A stretch of DNA of 64,000 bases from Mobula hypostoma (lineage: Eukaryota): NCBI RefSeq assembly GCF_963921235.1, contig NC_086107.1:102984001-103048000 (forward strand). The letters run 5' to 3'. This document shows positions 12,183 to 25,649 of this stretch, piece by piece. A model generated the notes under the pieces. That model searched no databases and had not been told where the DNA came from. It saw nothing but the letters and a program-made list of their open reading frames with translations. The position numbers and the translations under genes were made by a program. Each line of letters begins with the position of its first letter. The stretch's first letter is position 1.

Positions 12183-14954
12183 CTCATATTGAGTAATGTG
12201 ATCAAAATGGTCACATTTTGGTCATATTATTCTTTCTTTTTGTATTTGCACTGTTTGTTGTCTTTTGCATACTGGTTGAATGCCCAAGTTGGTGCAGTCT
12301 TTCACTGATTCTATTATGGATTTATTGAGTATGCCCGCAAAATGAATCTGTGGTGACATATATGTACTTTGATAATAAATGTACTATGAGCTTAAAGAAT
12401 GAATCTTTCAGAAATGCCTCTGAGTAATGTTATAAGATCTTTCATGTTAAAAGGAGACGTATTAATGTAGGACATTTCACAGTCACTTCAGGACATCCCA
12501 AATTTCTTTACAAGATAAATACTAACCCATCTAATGAAGGAACCACGTAGCCAGTTTATACACTGCAAGATTCTGCACGTCGTAGGACAAATGCCAATGT
12601 GAATACCATGAATAACTTCCTTCGCTCGTCTTCCAGGTAGTGCCGTGGGATGTCTGGCATCCACAAGACAGCAAGCAGGGCCTTGGATCAGGACGTCATC
12701 TAAAAGATGCTATTTCTGACAGTGTTGTAGTCCCTCAATATAATGTTAGAGAGATGATGAGGATTTTTGTGCTCATTTTAGAGCTCGAATCCTCACTATG
12801 ACTGGATCAGCTTATTTCCTGCTGATCCATGGCAAGAAATCATCGGAGAGGCAGAGGAGATCTTTAACATCTCCGCCTCACACAATGCAGCATTGTTAAG
12901 GATATCAGCAATGATCGTCAGGCTTGGTTTTATGTTTCCATATTCTGGATTGGATTCTCCATCGCTGGACAAGTAGATGGATGGTGAAAGGAAGCAGATG
13001 TTTGCTGGTGATTCTCTATGTGGTGAATTCTCAATCTCACCTGTGCTACCAGTGTATGGTATTGATTGCATGCCTTAAGTACTAACAGGGTGGAGAAAAA
13101 GAATCAAAGCCAGACTAAGATATTTCTGAGTAGCACAGGCCTTGTAGTAAACTATCTGCTGATCTTGCTTCCCTGAAAGTAAAATAATGTATGTTAACAA
13201 AGATCAAACTAAGTAATAAGAGTTTCCCGACATTCTGCAAGTTGGCTGGGCAGCACTTTTGAAACTTTGATTAAAAAACACATTACCTCTTCAACAAAGA
13301 GGAGTGAAATTTTCCATTACTTCATTCCAAGGATTTCCGCTCCTAGCAGAACTTTGTTCTTTCCATCACCACTGCTGCTGTACAAACACATCACTTCGGA
13401 ACTCAGGGGTATATCTATACAACAGAAGGGCCTGCTTGCTTTTATGCTAATATTCCATTCAAAATGAACAAGCAGCATTTCAAGGGCATATTTACACAGA
13501 AATAGTGACAGGCCAGTTTGCTTTCACGCTTGTATCCCACAAAGAGGGAACATTTCTACTGTGAAGGTACTTATTTCTCAAGTATTCCAGACCAAAGCAC
13601 ATCTGTAATACCTTGATCAGAACATTCTGCCAAAGTGGTGCTCCCTGCCTTTGTGTCAAACTGCTTACAATTTTTTTTAAACCTCAAAGCCTCTTTCGTT
13701 AGCTTTATGTCCCTGTACTTATTTTGCCCACCTTCTGTGTACTCACAATTTTCAGACTTCCTTCATTGCCTTGTACAAGCCTGTTTTCCCTCTCCCTGCT
13801 GATTGTGCAACTGCAGGAGGTTGCTTTTCAGAGAGAGAGATTAAACTGGGGCCCTGTATGCCTGTTCGATGAATGCAAAGATCAAATAGTACTATTCAAA
13901 GAAGTAGGGGAGTTGGATGGAATCATGGCCAACTTTCTTCCTTCAACCAAAACAAATTAAATGGTCATTCATCTGATTATGTATGTGGAACGTTGCCAAG
14001 AACAAAGTGGTTGTCACAATCATCTGCATAACAGCTCGGAAAGCAATTAACTGACTGCCATGCAGTCAGGGGCATTCTGATGACACAAGTAACACTATAC
14101 AAGTCCAATTATTTTCTTTTTTCTTTAACATAGTCAGCACTGGAGTGATCAATTTTACAGTGGGGAAGAGGATATCGGGCACAGCATCCTGATCAAAGGG
14201 AGACTTGTCAAAATGGATGGAAGCAAGTCAATAAATTAGAAAATTATGGCACTAAATTGCGATAAATCTCTAGGATTAGATAGTTTCTGTCCTCAAGGGT
14301 TTTAAAAGTCGTATACAAGAGACCTACAGGTGGTGGGCCTAATAAGTATTTTTTCAAAGTTCCCTTAATTTGAGAACTGCTGCATTATGCTGAAGGGTAG
14401 GAAGGAAGAAAGGAAGGAAGCTGAGTTTCACTGAGTTTAAGGCTCCAGAATCAAAGATGGACTGACCAAAGACCCTAGAACTGCTTAGTTTTGAGGGCCA
14501 ATGAAGCATAAGAGAGACAGAGGGGACAAAGAAGTCAGAGAGAGACAGAGATCCATGTTTGCAGATGACACAAAATCTGGCCATATTGTATGCTGCGTGG
14601 ACAGAAGCATTAAATTGCAGAGATATTAATAGATTGAGCAACTGGGTAAAATTGTGCCAAATGGTTTTCATCTTAGGCAATGTGAGGTCATCCACTTTGG
14701 ACCAAATAGGAAAAAACACAGGACCGTGAAATGTTGAAAAGCCAGAAGCAGTAGTGACCCAGAGGGAATTGAGAACTTATGTACATAAATTATTAATATA
14801 TCACAGACAGAAAATAAGTAGACTAATGGAATGTTGGCCTTTACATATAGAGGTTTAAACTTAAAGTAATGCTACGGCTATTGAAAGTCCGAGCTAGATC
14901 CCATCTGCAGTACCATGAACAGCTCTGGATACTGTGCAAATGGATCTTTAACTT

Positions 14955-15785
14955 CCTCTTCAGGAGACCACAGTCAGTGCAGATTGTAAATAACATCTCC
15001 TCACCCTCAACACAAGTGCATCACAAGGAAACATGCTTAGCCCACTGCTCTACTCCATCTACACACGATTGTGTAGCTAGGCATAGCTCAAATGCCATCT
15101 ATAAATATACCAATGACACTATTGTTGTTGGCGGAATCTCAGATGGCAACGAGGCAGTGTACAGGAGAGAGGTAGACCAACTGGGTGTGTCGCAGCAACA
15201 ACCGTGCACTCAACGTCAGCAAGGAAATGATTGCGGACTTGGGAGGCAAAGTCGGAAGAACACACAGCAAACCTCATTGAAGGGTCGGTGGTAGACAGCT
15301 TCAAGTTCCTGGGTGTTAACATCTCAGCTACCCTGTGCATTGATGTAATCACAAAGAAGCCATGCTACACTTCATTAGTAGTTTGAGGAGATTTGGTACA
15401 TCACTAAAGACTCCAATGTGCAGGATTGAAAGAGGCTGTGGAGGCTCCATCAAGGGCACAAACATCCCCACCAGCGAGGGCTTCTTCAAACTGTGGTGCT
15501 TCAAAAAGGTGGCATCCATTAGGGACCCTTATTATCCAGGTCATATGCTCATCTCATTACTACCATTAAGGAGAGGTATAGGACCCTAAAGGTTCATACT
15601 CAACAGTCCAGGAACAGCTCCTTCCCATCCGAACAGTCCATGAATGCTACCTTGCCATTTCTCTTTCGCACTATTTATTTACTTATTCTTTGTAACTTAT
15701 AATGATTTTTATGTCTTACACTGTATTGCTGGTACAAAAGAACAAACTTCACAACTTAAGTCAGTAATAACAAACCTGATTCTGA
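14955..15785 (+). mobile_element. Rex1/Babar-like non-LTR retrotransposon 3' fragment (preceded by a decayed CR1 piece at ~14250-14930)
   Basis: THDCVARHSSNAIYKYTNDTIVVGGISDGNEAVYRREV and DPYYPGHMLISLLP motifs. The preceding segment has MFADDTKS-like CR1 RT remnants. Confidence 0.7.
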
Positions 15786-16479
15786 ATGCACAAAAGTGAA
15801 TCTTTTGCATAAGGGACCGCTGCAAAGAGAGAAGAGCTTTGAGCTTGACCACTAGAACAAGACTTGGCAGAAAGCAGGAGAAAACACAGACACCTCACAC
15901 ATCAGCAAGGATGCATGGGCTACAACTAAGAAATGGTAACAATCTTCAAAATATAGAACACTATAATCTATGGCTGTCCATGACTGCTTAAAAATGGCAA
16001 CTGCTCAGACAAAAAGAGAAAATTGCAATGGACGAAGTTTAAAGATGAATTTCCCAGACTAATTTGCAACAGCTGAAATGGAAAATGCCATCAACTACAT
16101 GGAGGTCACAGTGTTCAACAGCCCATGCACTGAACAGAAAAGGAAAATTATGGCAATAGAGCCATAGAGTTCAAAAGCATTAAGTATTAAAGGAGGCTTT
16201 TCAGCCAATGGCATCTCTGCCAACTACCAAAGTGACTCATGAGCTCCATCCCATAGTCCTTTTTCTATAGGCTTACAAATCTTACTTCTTCATATAGTTA
16301 TCCAATTCCTTCCTGAAGGTCCCAATGGAATCTGTCTCCACTACAGCTACAAAATGACACTGCAGGTTCCAGCAACTTACGGTAGTCCCTTGTCCCAAGA
16401 ACAATTTTCCTCCCAATTCACAGCATTGCTAAGTGTTCTGTCATCCATAAAATTAGGAATTGTAACTCCTACCACGAAT

Positions 16480-16800
16480 TTGAATTGACTTTATTTCTTA
16501 CATCTTTCATATACGAGTAAAAATCTTTACGTTCCATCTCCATAAATCTATAATAATTTATAGTAATTTATAAAAAATAGTATTTACAACAGGCGCTTGC
16601 TTCAGCATGAATTAGTCAGTCTGATGGCCTGGTGGAAGAAGGTGTCTCAGAGCCAGTTGGTCCTGGCTTTTATGCTGCGGTACCGTTTCCCGGATGGTAG
16701 CAGCTGGAAACAGTTTGTGGTTGGGGTGACTCGGATCCCCAATGATCCTTCAGGCCCTTTTTACACACTTGTGTTTTGTAAATGTCCTGAATAGTGGGAA
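16480..16800 (-). mobile_element. Rex1/Babar-like 3' end fragment
   Basis: Minus-strand translation QLLPSGKRYRSIKARTN...TFFHQAIRLTN matches the C-terminal motif seen in the other Rex-like copies. Confidence 0.6.
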
Positions 16801-16904
16801 GTTCACTAAACTAAAGCAAAAAGAAACCCATGGCTTCTAAAATCTACCCTGGGAAATGCCGCTATTCACCTCTGACAAGTCTGAAAGATCATACACCATG
16901 ACCC

Positions 16905-19714
16905 TTAGAAACCATAGAAACTACAGCACAGAAACAGGCCTTTTGGCCCTTCTTGGCTGTGCCGAACCATTTTCTGCCTAGTCCCACTGACCTGCACACG
17001 GACCATATCCCTCCATATATCTCCCATCCATGTATCTGTCCAATTTATTCTTAAATGTTAAAAAAGAACCCGCATTTACCACCTCGTCTGGCAGCTCATT
17101 CCACACTCCCACCACTCTCTGTGTGAAGAAGCTCCCCCCCCAATGTTCCCTTTAAACTTTTCCCCTCTCACCCTTAACCCATGTCCTCTGGTTTTTTTCT
17201 CCCCTTGCCTCAGTGGTAAAAGCCTGCTTGCATTATCATCATAATCTTATATACCTCTATCAAATCTCCCCTCATTCTTCTACGCTCCAGGGAATAAAGT
17301 CCTAACCTACTCAACCTTTCTCTGTAACTGAGTTTCTCAAGTCCCGGCAACATCCTTGTGAACCTTCTCTGCACTCTTTCAACCTTATTTATATCCTTCC
17401 TGTAATTTGGTGACCAAAACTGAACACAATACTCCAGATTCGGCCTCACCAATGCCTTATACAACCTCATCATAACATTCCAGCTCTTATACTCAATACT
17501 TTGATTAATAAAGGCCAATGTACCAAAAGCTCTCTTTACAACCCTATCTACCTGTGACGCCACTTTTAGGGAATTTTGTATCTGTATTCCCAGATCCCTC
17601 TGTTCCACTGCACTCCTCAGTGCCTTACCATTAACCTGTATGTTCTACCTTGGTTTGTCCTTCCAACGTGCAATACCTCACACTTGTCTGTATTAAACTC
17701 CATCTGCCATTTTTCAGCCCATTTTTCCAGCTGGTCCAAATCCCTCTGCAGGCTCTGAAAACCTTCCTCACTGTCTACTACACCTCCAATCTTTGTATCA
17801 TCAGCAAATTTGCTGATCCAATTTACCACATTATCATCCAGATCATTGATATAGATGACAAATAACAACGGACCCAGCACTGATCCCTGTGGCACACCAC
17901 TAGTCACAGGCCTCCACTCGGAGAAGCAATTCTCCACTACCACTCTTTGCTTCTTCCATTGAGCCAATGTCTAATCCAATTTACCACCTCTCCATGTATA
18001 CCTAGCGACTGAATTTTCCTAACTAACCTCCCATGCGGGACCTTGTCAAAGGCCTTACTGAAGTCCATGTAGACAATATCCACTGCCTTCCCTTCATCCA
18101 CTTTCCTAGTAACCTCCTCGAAAACTCCAATAGATTGGTCAAACATGACCTACCACGCATAAAGCCATGTTGACTCTCCCTAATAAGTCCCTGTCTATCC
18201 AAATGCTTGTAGATTCTGTCTCTTAGTACCCCTCCAATAACTTACCTACTACCGACATTAAACTTACTGGCCTATAATTTCCCGGATTACTTTTCGATCC
18301 TTTTTTAAACAACGGAACAACATGAGCCACTCTCCAATCCTCCAGCACCTCACTTGTAGACAGCGACATTTTAAATATTTCTGCCAGGGCCCCTGCAATT
18401 TCAACACTAATCTCCTTCAAGGTCCGAGGGAACACCCTGTCAGGTCCCGGGGATTTATCCACTTTAATTTTCCTCAAGACAGCAAGGACCTCCTCCTTTT
18501 CGATCTGTACAGGTTCCATGATCTCACTACTTGTTTCCCTTAATTCCATAGACTTCATGCCAGTTTCCTTAGTAAATACAGACACAAAAAACCTATTTAA
18601 GATCTCCCCCATTTCCTTTGGTTCCGCACATAGCCGACCACTCTGATCTTCAAGAGGACCAATTTTATCCCTTACAATCCTTTTGCTCTTGATATACCTG
18701 CAAAAGCTCTTTGGATTATCCTTCACTTTGACTGCCAAGGCAACCTCATGTCTTCTTTTAGCCCTCCTGATTTCTTTCTTAAGTATTTTCTTACACTTCT
18801 TATACTCCTCAAGCACCTTATTTACTCCCTGCTTCCTATACATGTCATACAACTCCCTCTTCTTCTTTATCAGAGTTGCAATATCCCTTGAGAACCAAGG
18901 TTCCTTATTCCTATTCACTTTGCCTTTAATCCTGACAGGAATATACAACTTCTGCACTCTCAAAATTTCTCTTTTGAAGGCTTCCCACCTACCAATCACA
19001 TCCTTGCCAGAGAACAACCTATCCCAATCCATGATTTTTAGATCCTTTCTCATTTCTTCAAATTTGGCCTTCTTCCAGTTAAGAACCTTAACCCTAGGAC
19101 CAGATCTATCCTTGTCCATGATCAAGTTGAAACTAATGGTGTTATGGTCACTGGAACCAAAGTGCTCCCCTACACAGACTTCTGTCACTTGTCCTAACTT
19201 GTTTCCTAACAGGAGATCCAATATTGCATCCCCTCTAGTTGGTCCCTCTATATATTGATTTAGAAAACTTTCCTGAACACATTTTACAAACTCTAAACCA
19301 TCTAGACCCCTAACAGTATGGGAGTCCCAATCAATATATGGAAAATTAAAATCCCCTACCACCACAACTTTATGTTTCCTGCAGTTGCCTGCTATCTCTC
19401 TGCAGATTTGCTCTTCCAATTCTCGTTGACTATTGGGTGGTCTGTAACACAATCCCACTAATGTGGCCATAACTTTCCTGTTTCGCAGCTCCACCCATAA
19501 GGACCCAGTAGACAAGCCCTCTAATCTGTCCTGCCTGAGCACTGCTGTAATATTTTCCCTAACAAGCAATGCTACTCCCCCACCTTTCATTTCTCTGCCT
19601 CGATCACATCTGAAGCATCGGAACCCTGGAATATTAAGCTGCCAGTCCTGCCCCGCCTGTAGCCAGGTTTCACTAATTGCTATAACGTAGCCAGGTTTCA
19701 CTAATTGCTATAAC
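16905..19714 (-). mobile_element. CR1 LINE (second subfamily), 5'-truncated inside the endonuclease domain, frameshifted
   Basis: ORFs 18223-19701 (AISETWL, VGDFN, SDHN, PGNYRPVSL), 17937-18146 (YMDFSKAFDKVPH), 17617-17967 (SGVPQGSVLGP, FADDTKI) and 17210-17608. TTTCTATGG 3' tail at ~16905. Confidence 0.95.
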
Positions 19715-19749
19715 CTTCTGTTAAAATCAAATTCATTCACACTATTGCT

Positions 19750-20163
19750 TACTTACTACCCATTAAGCCGCTGGCATTCAGGGCAGCAATGAAAATCCTC
19801 CATCTTTGGTGATGTTCCGGGCTTCCTTCATCGTGTCAATAGCTTCCTCTCGGTTTTCACTTCTGTCAATCATGAAAGTCCCGGGTGGAGACTCAGGAAT
19901 ACCGTCGCACTCAGATGTGGAAGGATTCTTCATTGCTGTTTCCGTGACAATTTTGTTTGACCAGTCAGGGTTGTTAGCCCCGAGCTGAACCCTTGAACCT
20001 GGAGGACCAGTGAACCACTCTTAGTGTGGCCTCTACCCTTTGACCTGTTTGACTCTACCAAGAGCCAAAGCATAAAGCCCTGACTCCAGCCAACATTGCT
20101 CTCTGGGTCAATGAGGCACGCAAGCCTCCCAACGAGGACAAGATTGTGGTCCCCTTGGAGGAG
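19750..20163 (-). mobile_element. RTE-related non-autonomous element/fragment
   Basis: RTE-type 3' end (minus: CCAAAGATGGAGGATTTTCATTGCTGCCCTGAATGCCAGCGGCTTAATGGG plus a TAAG tail), also seen at 36930-37030 and 38400-38490. Confidence 0.55.
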
Positions 20164-21314
20164 CCAAATCATTAATGCCCCTTTTATTCTACATAGCTCA
20201 ACTCCACTGATAAGCCTTTATATGGCACCTTATGAAAAGTCTTCCAGAAGTACACGTAACTGCATCAGCTGCATTACTCAACAAAATATTCTATCAAATT
20301 GGTTAAATATTATCTTTCCTTAGTAAATCTGCACTGGATTCCCTGAATTAATCTATCGTCCTTTGGCTGAAGGTTTATCTCATCTGAGATCGATGTTTTT
20401 AAAAGCCATCCCATGAGAGAGACAGGGAGACGAGAGGTAAGTGACCAGTGAAAGTCTGTTTACCCAGCTTCTGGAGTAAAACATACTGTACGTTATTGCA
20501 CTTCTGAAGCAAGGCAAGAGCTCATCAGCTTCATACAACCTTCAGCTATTTGTTTCTTACTTTGCTATATGGTCAACAGTGGTACAGATTGCAGAACTGT
20601 ATCTGTCTCTGCCATTCCTTGGGGTTCATCAGATGCGTGGAGAAAGGGAGCTTGCTCTCCATATTATATGCCTAGGCTTGTGTATCTAGATGGCGAGAAC
20701 TCAACATCCATGGTCGACTCTGACTGATGGAGGCCTCACTCACTCAGTGGTGCAGATAGCAAAGCTGTTACCCTACAGTCCCAACATCCCAGGGTCAATC
20801 CTGACCTCTGATGCTACTTGGGTGGAGTCTGCACGTTCTCCTACGACGACATGGGTTTTCCCAAGGTTCTCTGCTTTTCTCCCACATCCAAATACATGCA
20901 GGTTCACATTTTAATGGAGCAGAGTAAATTGTCCCCAGTATCTCTCTATGACTATGTTGAGCTCAGTGGAAGGGACAGCTGTTGCCACTTGCTATGGAAC
21001 AGACTGTCCCAAGGAAGGTTAGTGCCTCTGCTCCTTAACCTCAACCAGTCCAGTCAAATAGATGTAATTTTATCTACATCAATGACTTGGTGACAGCATG
21101 ACAAAAAGCTACTTTGCTTGGATCGAGTACGCTGACAGCTGCACTAGGCAGACTGACTGACTGACTACCATCTGCTATTCAACTTCAACAGAATCCAAAC
21201 AAATTACAGATCACTCTTTTCCTCTCGGCAAGTGTGACGCGAATATAAAACCAAGGGTCAGATGGAAGGGCATCCATCTCAGAGGCAGCAAAACCCCAGT
21301 TTACCTCAGATACG

Positions 21315-21582
21315 GGGCAACAGGGTGGCATAGTGCCTTACAGTACCAGTGATCCCGCCGCCACCTGTAAGGAGTTTGTACGTTCTCCCTGTGACCGTGT
21401 GGGTTTCCTCCGGATGCTCTGGTTTCCTCCTACAGCCCAAAGATGCACACAGTTGGTAAGTTAATTGGTCATTGTAAATTGTCCTGTGATTGGACTAGAT
21501 TAAATCAGGGGTTGCCGGATGGCATGGCTTGAAGGGTTGGAAGGGTATATTCTGCATGGTATCTCAATCAGTCAATAAATAA
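21315..21582 (+). mobile_element. V-SINE-like element (related partial copies at 20745-20895, 21980-22105 and 32040-32235 minus)
   Basis: Core GGAGTTTGTACGTTCTCCCTGTGACCGTGTGGGTTTCCTCCGGATGCTCTGGTTTCCTCC and an AATAAATAAAT tail. Confidence 0.7.
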
Positions 21583-22689
21583 ATGAAGTTGGTGTGCACA
21601 CACTTACCTGTTTTCTCAATACAACTCTTAGAATCAGGAAAAAAAAACTCAAGAGGTTCGCAAGGCTCAAATTGGCGAGCACACCCACCTACCATTAAAA
21701 CTTCTACTTTTGCCCCACAGTACTGCAATGCGAATCATGCTTGCTTGGTAATGAGAACCCCCAATCCAGAATATTAAAAATAATCTATCTAGTGCCAGAC
21801 CAGAGTGGCAGCATGGTGGTTTGCCTTAAGCTAATTAATGTCCATGGTTCACAGATCCTCTTTGGAAATACCACCAGCAGACAAGGAGAAAATAAACGTC
21901 AGAGATTCCAAACACCTCCACATTGCTGAAGAAAAAGCCAAGCAGGAGCTCCTTCATAATAATCTAAATTGATAAGCACAACGCTTTACAGTACAGGAGA
22001 CCTGGGTTCATTTCACTCGTGATTAGGCTAGGATTAAATCAGAAGATTACTGGGCAGCTAGGCTCGAAGGGCCTGAAAGGGCTACTCTGCATTATATCTC
22101 AATAAATTAAAAAACATAAATGGGCAGCACTACTGCTGCTACTGCCTGTAATGACCTTGCGATAGGCTCGTTTTTGACGTACTCTGTGAATGTGGGTTGG
22201 GGGAGTGGACAAAGAGATGTGTCAGCCCGGATATATGAGCATCTGAGCAGCTTGCTGCAGGAACAAAGAAGAAACAGGTCACCTGGAAAGTGAGGAACTG
22301 TCTCTATCCAAGCTATATAGAAAAGGATCAACGGGATGAAATGGGGATGTGCTATTGTACCCTAGGGCTGTGACTGCAGAAAGGAGCAAGCAACATTCGC
22401 TGATTTTCAAATGTATGACGATGGGCAATGCACAGCTTGGAATTTTGCCAAGGTCACTTTGAGAGTTGTGCAATGTGCCCAACAAGATCGAGGAATAAGT
22501 GGATGGACACACGAAGGAGGGGTTCCTGAGACTTATTGGAATATCATCTCTATCACACGGATTAAATTATGGAGACCGATTAACAAACTGCAATTGAAAT
22601 GACTAATTATGATTCAAATAAAGTTGTCAAGATATAAAAGAGATCGGACAGTATTCACATGCACAGATTTTTTTTCCCTCTTTCAAGCA

Positions 22690-23005
22690 GAATTGGGCCA
22701 TTTGGCCCATTGATTCTGCTCCACTATTTCATTGTGGCTGATCCATTTTTTCCTCTCAGCCCCAATCTCCTGTCTTCTCCCCCTATCCCTTCATGCCCTA
22801 AACAATCAAAAATCTATCAAACTCTGCCGTAAATATAAGTAAAGACTTGGCCTCCACAGCCACCCGTGGCAAAGAATTTCACAGATTCACTCCTCTCTTG
22901 CTAAGGAAATCCTTCCTCATCTCCATTCTAAAAGGATGCTCCTCTATTCTGAGGTTGTGCCTTCTGGTCTTAGATTTTCCCACCACAGGAAACATCCTCT
23001 TCATA
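22690..23005 (-). mobile_element. CR1 3' end fragment
   Basis: Similar to the 3' end of the 4721 element (GGCAAAGAATTTCACAGATTCACTCCTCT; GGCCATTTGGCCCATTGA). Confidence 0.7.
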
Positions 23006-25649
23006 TCTTTATGCAGTAAATTGGTTACTTTGAGTTCTTGTTATAGATTGTCATGAAAGCAAAAGACTCCAGCCAATGGATGCTTCTGAACATTTCTCTT
23101 TCATTTTGAAGAAACAGTCATCTGACTCGGGTACCACCAGAACTCCCTTCAGATAATACAAAACAGGGATGACGGAACAGGTAAATGTGAGCACATGTGA
23201 TGACCTGCATCCAAATTTTTTCCTTTGCTTGTAAACCTGCATTTGCTGCAAGCAAATTCGAGCAGGAAACAGCTCTCAGGAAGGTTAACTGCTCTTGCGC
23301 TCATCCATAGGTTACTGCAGACCAGTTCTGCTCCATTACACACAAATTGCTGCAAAAGAAAAATTAGATCTACCATTTTTTTCCTAATTCACATAGAAAT
23401 GCTTGAGTTTTCCCTGCACCAGTCACAAGCACAACAGTTAAATATAGATAAATATGAAAATATAGATAACACTCCAGTAGATACTTAGAGGTGAATGCAG
23501 TGTGGCAGTGCCTTTTACAAAATTAATAATGACCTTGAGTTTTCAAGGCAGTACCTGCTAGCCTAAATTAATATTTTGACAGGTCAGAGGTTGCAGCTGA
23601 AGATGAGGGGGAAGCCAAAATGCCAATGGAAGATAAAACAAATGCAGAGGAACTGCTAATCTGTCATCTCACTGAGGTCAGCTCTTTCCTTTTGCTCCTA
23701 TCAAACAAAAAGCTTGTTTGTATCCTCTGCCTGGGAGATTTGTGCTTATAGCCTGGATTCCCATGGTGCACATACTCTGGTGTCAGGCAGACTAGGTGCC
23801 AACCAATGCCAAAGCTCATTTATAAAAGGAACATTTACTCAGGGACAAGTTCAATCCTTGTGGATTTGTGTTTCAAACGTGGAATGCAGCCCAGTTTTTT
23901 TCCACAAAGTCAGCCTAAGCCTCAATGGGATCTTTACAGAGAAATGGTAATCTTGCTGGCTCTGGTACAGGGAGCAGTGAATTGAGTTTTCTGTGTAGTA
24001 ATTACATGATGGAACTTAGAAAAATAAGAACATTGCCGGCTTGAATAAACTTTTGTTTGCATTCATTAAGCTCCAGCGACTTGCAATACTTCACCCAAAT
24101 GAGACATCTTGGTCCAAATTTGAATTGTTCCTCTCCCTCGCTGCTCAATAAGGAAGCTGGAACACTTACCCGCCATTAAACATTCAAATACAGAAAAGCT
24201 AAAGCAAGTTGCCAGCTTTTGATAATGCTTAAAAGGGAGGGGAGAGCTGGCAGCTGTGAAGGAAGGAAGGACAAAGTTGTACGGCGGCTTTCATATCCGC
24301 ATCATGTGCTCTGACAACTACGCAGGCAATAAATTACTTCTAAAATATGTTGACTCCTGCACTATAGGCGATTGGAGCAAGCAATTTGTTCAGAGCAAGG
24401 TTCTACAAATAGTCTCCAGATGAATGACCTGTAAATTTGTGTTTCTTTAGTGGTATTGGTTAAGGCATAAATGTGGGGCCACAGACACCAGAAGAAACCT
24501 CCTGCGATTCTGTGAACAGTGCCAAGAGATCTTTCTCAGCAATCTGTGAGGATGAATGGGATCTCTGTTCAATGTTCCACCTTACAAAAAGACAGCATTT
24601 CCTACAGTCCAGTACTCACTCAAGAATTAGCCAAGAAATATCTAAACACACAGTCCCTTTAAATATTGTGTTACATTATAAGATTAATGTAGTCTTACAT
24701 TATAAGACCACTAGGATAAAGTTAGCAAACAAGAAGTGCCCAGAATATTGATCGCCCTTTCTAAAAGAGAAAATTCATAGAATTAAAATACTTATGTTAA
24801 TGAACTGAGATGGTGGATTGTATAATAACTTGAATCATTGAAGTAATGGGGAGAGAAAATTGAAATAATCATCTAGTCTTGGCTCTCAATTTAAAAGATG
24901 ATCTATTGACTTCCACTCACTATAGGACTGGGAATTCAGCACTGGACGAGGCATCTGAAGGCAGCCAGTGCATCCCAGTTATTGCTTTCCAAACAAAAAA
25001 CTGACCTGACACAAAAGAAAATTAAACCTCGTGACAAATACCAAAACAGATTGCAATAATTTCAAACGTACAGCTAAAAAGTTCTTCAGAAATAACATCT
25101 CTGCTGTAATGACAAAACATGTTCCTTCACACAGCAAAATATGAAAAGCAGATTTAAAAAAAAAAATTTTGCTGGCGGGATAGATGCTAGACGCGGGGGT
25201 AGATAATGTGATAATTTCCTTGCTCTTCTCCAATGGCATGATAGAATCTTTTACAGACACCTAAGGAGTTGGGCATCCGATTTATCACTACATCTGAAGG
25301 ATGGGGCTTATTTATGAGGGTAACGCAAGAACAGAAACAATAGAGCTTGACGAACAGCTTCTCTATTTTGTCAACTTATGGTAGAAGCACTGGAAATGCT
25401 CTTGGTTTTTTTTAAAGCAGAAAAGAGCTGTGAAATGTGGCAACCAATATTAAAATAACATCACATTAACTGTGTAAATTTAATGCTGTTATGTGGAATT
25501 TAATAAAGTTTCAAGCTTGCTGGAAGCATTCAAACACCTTCATTTATATAACACTAATATAATGAAATATCCAAAACACTTTGCAGGAGCATAATAAGAT
25601 CAGTGAAACTGATTGGTTTAAGGCCCTTCAGGAAGGAGAGACAAAACAC

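Noticed and set aside
12796..13071. 91-aa minus-strand ORF as an alternative PHF5A exon
   Set aside because: A CAG|GT near 13041 would be in frame with exon 2, but the pyrimidine tract is poor and the peptide has no recognisable homology. Unsupported without RNA data.
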